Below are positions 36,825-39,322 of a DNA stretch of 39,322 nucleotides, one piece after another. The position numbers and the translations under genes are program-made. The notes below the pieces were generated by a model. The model saw nothing but the letters and a program-made list of their open reading frames with translations. It had not been told where the DNA came from and did no database searches. Where the stretch lies: positions 1-39,322 of the IMG/VR virus record IMGVR_UViG_3300012286_000411; one strand, given 5' to 3'. Positions within the stretch are counted from its first letter, which is position 1. Each line of letters starts with the position of its first letter. The DNA comes from a virus (Duplodnaviria; Caudoviricetes).

Positions 36825-36856
36825 TTTGGTCTCCCAAATAAAGGTTATTATATTTA
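36825..36856 (+). promoter_or_regulatory. Bacteroidota-type (-33/-7) promoter
   Basis: TTTG (36825-36828), 20-nt spacer, TATATTTA (36849-36856), upstream of the SSB gene. Confidence 0.6.
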
Positions 36857-36884
36857 AGTTGTAAACAAATAAATTAGTTATACT

Positions 36885-37709
36885 ATGAATCTAGATGCAA
36901 TCAAGAAGAAACTTGAGTCGATGCAAAAACAACCCTCATCAGGTGGTGGCTCAAACAACCAAACAAAGCGCTTTAAACCGCAAGTTGGTAAACAAACGGT
37001 ACGTGTTGTTCCGTTCAAATACAACAAAGAGTTTCCATTCACGGAAATGAAATTCTACTATGGTATTGGTAGTAAAAAGGTAATCGCTTCCCCTTTGAAC
37101 TGGAGTGAAAAAGATCCAATTGCTGAATTTGCAAAACAACTTCGTGGTACAAACGACAAAGAAAACTGGCGCTTGGCTAAGAAATTAGATCCGAAAGTTC
37201 GTATCTTTGCTCCTGTAATTGTTCGTGGACAAGAATCTGAAGGTGTTCACTTGTGGGAATTTGGTAAAGAAATTTACGAGGCGTTCTTGCAAATGGCAGC
37301 TGATGAAGAAGTAGGTGACTTTACAGACATCATGACTGGCCGTGACATTAAATTGGTTACTGTAGGTCCTGAATCAACAGGTACTGTGTACAACAAAACC
37401 ACTATTCAACCGTCAATGAAGACATCTCCACTATCCGAAGATGATAAAGAATTGGAATTGTGGTTGGAGGAACAGGTTAATCCAAAAGAGATGTATAAAC
37501 CACTTCCATTTGACGACATCAAAGCAGCACTTCAAGAATGGTTAAACCCTGAAGAAGCAGCTGAGGAAGAATTTCCATCAGATGGCCTATTAGTTGTAGA
37601 GGAAAAACCACAAACCAATTACAGCCTATCAGCTAAACCAGCGGCTAAAAAATCCAAATCAGATCAATTCGATGAGTTGTTTGAAGAGGATGATGACATG
37701 CCATTTTAA
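36885..37709 (+). CDS. Single-stranded DNA-binding protein (T4 gp32-like)
   Basis: 'VRVVP', 'DPIAE', 'V.VRG.E..GV.LWEFGK.IY', 'D.TD...GRDI' and an acidic tail ending 'EEDDDMPF'. Confidence 0.78.
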   Translation: MNLDAIKKKLESMQKQPSSGGGSNNQTKRFKPQVGKQTVRVVPFKYNKEFPFTEMKFYYGIGSKKVIASPLNWSEKDPIAEFAKQLRGTNDKENWRLAKKLDPKVRIFAPVIVRGQESEGVHLWEFGKEIYEAFLQMAADEEVGDFTDIMTGRDIKLVTVGPESTGTVYNKTTIQPSMKTSPLSEDDKELELWLEEQVNPKEMYKPLPFDDIKAALQEWLNPEEAAEEEFPSDGLLVVEEKPQTNYSLSAKPAAKKSKSDQFDELFEEDDDMPF

Positions 37710-37723
37710 TTTGAATTAAGGTT

Positions 37724-38809
37724 ATGGCTAAAGGAAGAAAATCGCTAACAGAGGCGGCGGACAGAGAACTGAAAATCGCCTTTAGTTTAGACAAATTTAA
37801 GGCAAATAAAGGTTTAGCGTCAAACGTTAAGTTCAAGGAGCAAAAATGGATTCCATTTTCTCCGGCTTTGCAAGAAGCACTATCTATTCCTGGTATTCCT
37901 ATGGGTCACAACTCAATGGTTCGAGGAAAATCAAATACAGGGAAATCTACTATGACCATTGAGGTAGCAGTTAATGCTCAAAAAATGGGAGTACTACCTG
38001 TACTGATTATCACTGAAATGAAACATGATTGGAACCACTGGAGAACCATGGGTTTTGAGATGGAAGATGTAGTTGATGAGGAAACAGGTGAAATTATCGA
38101 TCAAACTGGATTCTTTATTTATCGAGATAGAAGCTCATTAAATTCAATTGAAGATATTGCAGCGTTTATTATCGATCTATTAACTGAACAGAAAAAAGGT
38201 AATCTACCATACGACTTGTTATTCATTTGGGACTCAGTTGGTTCAATTCCTTGCCAAATGTCTATTGAACAAGGTAAAAATAACCCAATGTGGAATGCAG
38301 GAGCTATCGCAACTCAATTCGGGAACTTTATCAATCAACAGATTGTAATGTCTCGTAAGGAAAGCTCAAAATACACGAATACTCTGTTTATTGTAAACAA
38401 AGTAGGTGTTGCTCCGGCTCTAACCCCAATGTCACAACCTAGAATGACAAACAAAGGTGGAGATACGTTCTACTATGATGTTTCACTTTGCTTAACATTT
38501 GGTAACGTCACAAACGCTGGTACTTCTAAACTTAACGCTGTTAAAGACAAGAAGAAAGTTGAGTTTGCATTGCGTACAAAAATTGCTTGTGATAAAAACC
38601 ATATCAATGGAATCACTACAATGGGTACAATCGTTTCTACAGTACACGGGTTCATTAAAGATGATCCGAATGCTATTAAGAAATATAAAGATGCACACTC
38701 TACTGAATGGGCCGATATTTTAGGACAAGGTACTTATACAGTACAAGAAGACAACAGTGAATGGGACGAAAAAGCCCCAACACCAGATTTATTTGAAAAC
38801 GAAGATTAA
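37724..38809 (+). CDS. RecA/UvsX-like recombinase
   Basis: 'GIPMG', Walker A 'GKSNTGKST', Walker B 'LLFIWDSVG', 'KGG' and 'KN' motifs. Follows the SSB gene. Confidence 0.85.
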   Translation: MAKGRKSLTEAADRELKIAFSLDKFKANKGLASNVKFKEQKWIPFSPALQEALSIPGIPMGHNSMVRGKSNTGKSTMTIEVAVNAQKMGVLPVLIITEMKHDWNHWRTMGFEMEDVVDEETGEIIDQTGFFIYRDRSSLNSIEDIAAFIIDLLTEQKKGNLPYDLLFIWDSVGSIPCQMSIEQGKNNPMWNAGAIATQFGNFINQQIVMSRKESSKYTNTLFIVNKVGVAPALTPMSQPRMTNKGGDTFYYDVSLCLTFGNVTNAGTSKLNAVKDKKKVEFALRTKIACDKNHINGITTMGTIVSTVHGFIKDDPNAIKKYKDAHSTEWADILGQGTYTVQEDNSEWDEKAPTPDLFENED

Positions 38810-38810
38810 T

Positions 38811-39322
38811 ATGAAAAAAGACCTCTTAAACCTCTTAGACAACATACAAGAACACGGGGACGAAACCCCACAATCGGAGCGCTACTTGCTTATCGATGGA
38901 CTCAATCTCTTCTTTAGAAATTTCAGTGCAATCAATGCAGTTAATTCAAACGGAGTCCATATTGGGGGTTTAGGAGGATTTTTTCGATCTTTGGGAGCTC
39001 TAATCCGCACCATCCAACCTACACAAGTTTATGTTGTGTTTGATGGTGTGGGTTCCTCCAACAATAGAAAAAACATTATTCCCGAATACAAGTCAAATCG
39101 AAACATTACTCGAGTAACCAAACACGAGTTGTTTGACAATTTGGAAGAAGAAGATGACTCTAAAGTAGATCAAATCGTTCGCATCATTCAATACTTGAAA
39201 ACGTTACCTGTTAAAACAGTTTCGTTACCTAGAGTAGAAGCAGATGACATTATCGCTTACTTAAGTAGTACTTTGCTTACAAAACCTGAAGACAGAGCAT
39301 TCATAGTATCCAGCGATAAAGA
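38811..39322 (+). CDS. 5'-3' exonuclease/flap endonuclease (Pol I N-terminal/T4 RNase H-like), 3' truncated; not in the ORF track
   Basis: My translation contains 'LLIDGLNLFFR', 'VVFDG', 'R....PEYKSNR', 'EADDIIAY' and 'IVSSDK'. Open to the window end. Confidence 0.9.
   Translation, partial: MKKDLLNLLDNIQEHGDETPQSERYLLIDGLNLFFRNFSAINAVNSNGVHIGGLGGFFRSLGALIRTIQPTQVYVVFDGVGSSNNRKNIIPEYKSNRNITRVTKHELFDNLEEEDDSKVDQIVRIIQYLKTLPVKTVSLPRVEADDIIAYLSSTLLTKPEDRAFIVSSDK

Noticed and set aside
206-38698. Numerous short minus-strand ORFs and alternative-frame plus ORFs in the track (e.g. 4352-4729, 8877-9233, 14121-14540, 15015-15314, 38499-38723)
   Set aside because: They lie within or largely overlap well-supported plus-strand genes and look like antisense or off-frame shadows with no recognisable motifs.
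1-39322. Stop-codon reassignment as in some Bacteroidota phages
   Set aside because: Genes are full length under the standard bacterial code, and TAG (18229, 22570, 24037, 36824) and TGA (9579, 23730, 35949) end genes at sensible positions.
1-39322. CRISPR arrays, tRNAs, introns/inteins, integrase, or diversity-generating retroelement repeats
   Set aside because: None were recognisable by eye. Intergenic gaps are short and the conserved genes appear uninterrupted. A covariance-model search was not possible.

Overview
This 39.3-kb AT-rich window is a gene-dense, all plus-strand segment of a large T4-like (myovirus-type) bacteriophage. The host is very probably a Bacteroidota bacterium, judging by TTTG-N20-TAnnTTTR promoters, A-rich starts without Shine-Dalgarno sites and a T9SS sorting domain. 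Gene order is: portal (5' truncated), head/core proteins, prohead protease, scaffold, major capsid protein, PhoH, fibre module, neck proteins, two tandem tail sheath paralogues, tail tube, an inserted secreted protein with a T9SS type-B C-terminal domain, a tail/hub assembly chaperone pair with a likely frameshift, tape measure, baseplate/hub genes and two cell-wall hydrolases. A replication block follows: compact family A polymerase, methyltransferase-like protein, gp32-like SSB, RecA/UvsX-like recombinase and 5'-3' exonuclease (3' truncated). The main points of interest are (1) a phage-encoded T9SS substrate with its own host-type leaderless promoter, (2) a putative capsid-cargo system, with the scaffold C-terminal motif LRMQxLAGII reused at the N-terminus of a methyltransferase-like protein and domains bracketed by [LIVM]-x-E protease sites, (3) two wall hydrolases sharing an N-terminal tag, (4) a recurrent ATATTTATA late-promoter motif and (5) an [ST]-[GA]-S motif enriched in predicted virion-surface regions. 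All family calls come from motif recognition by eye; no searches were run.
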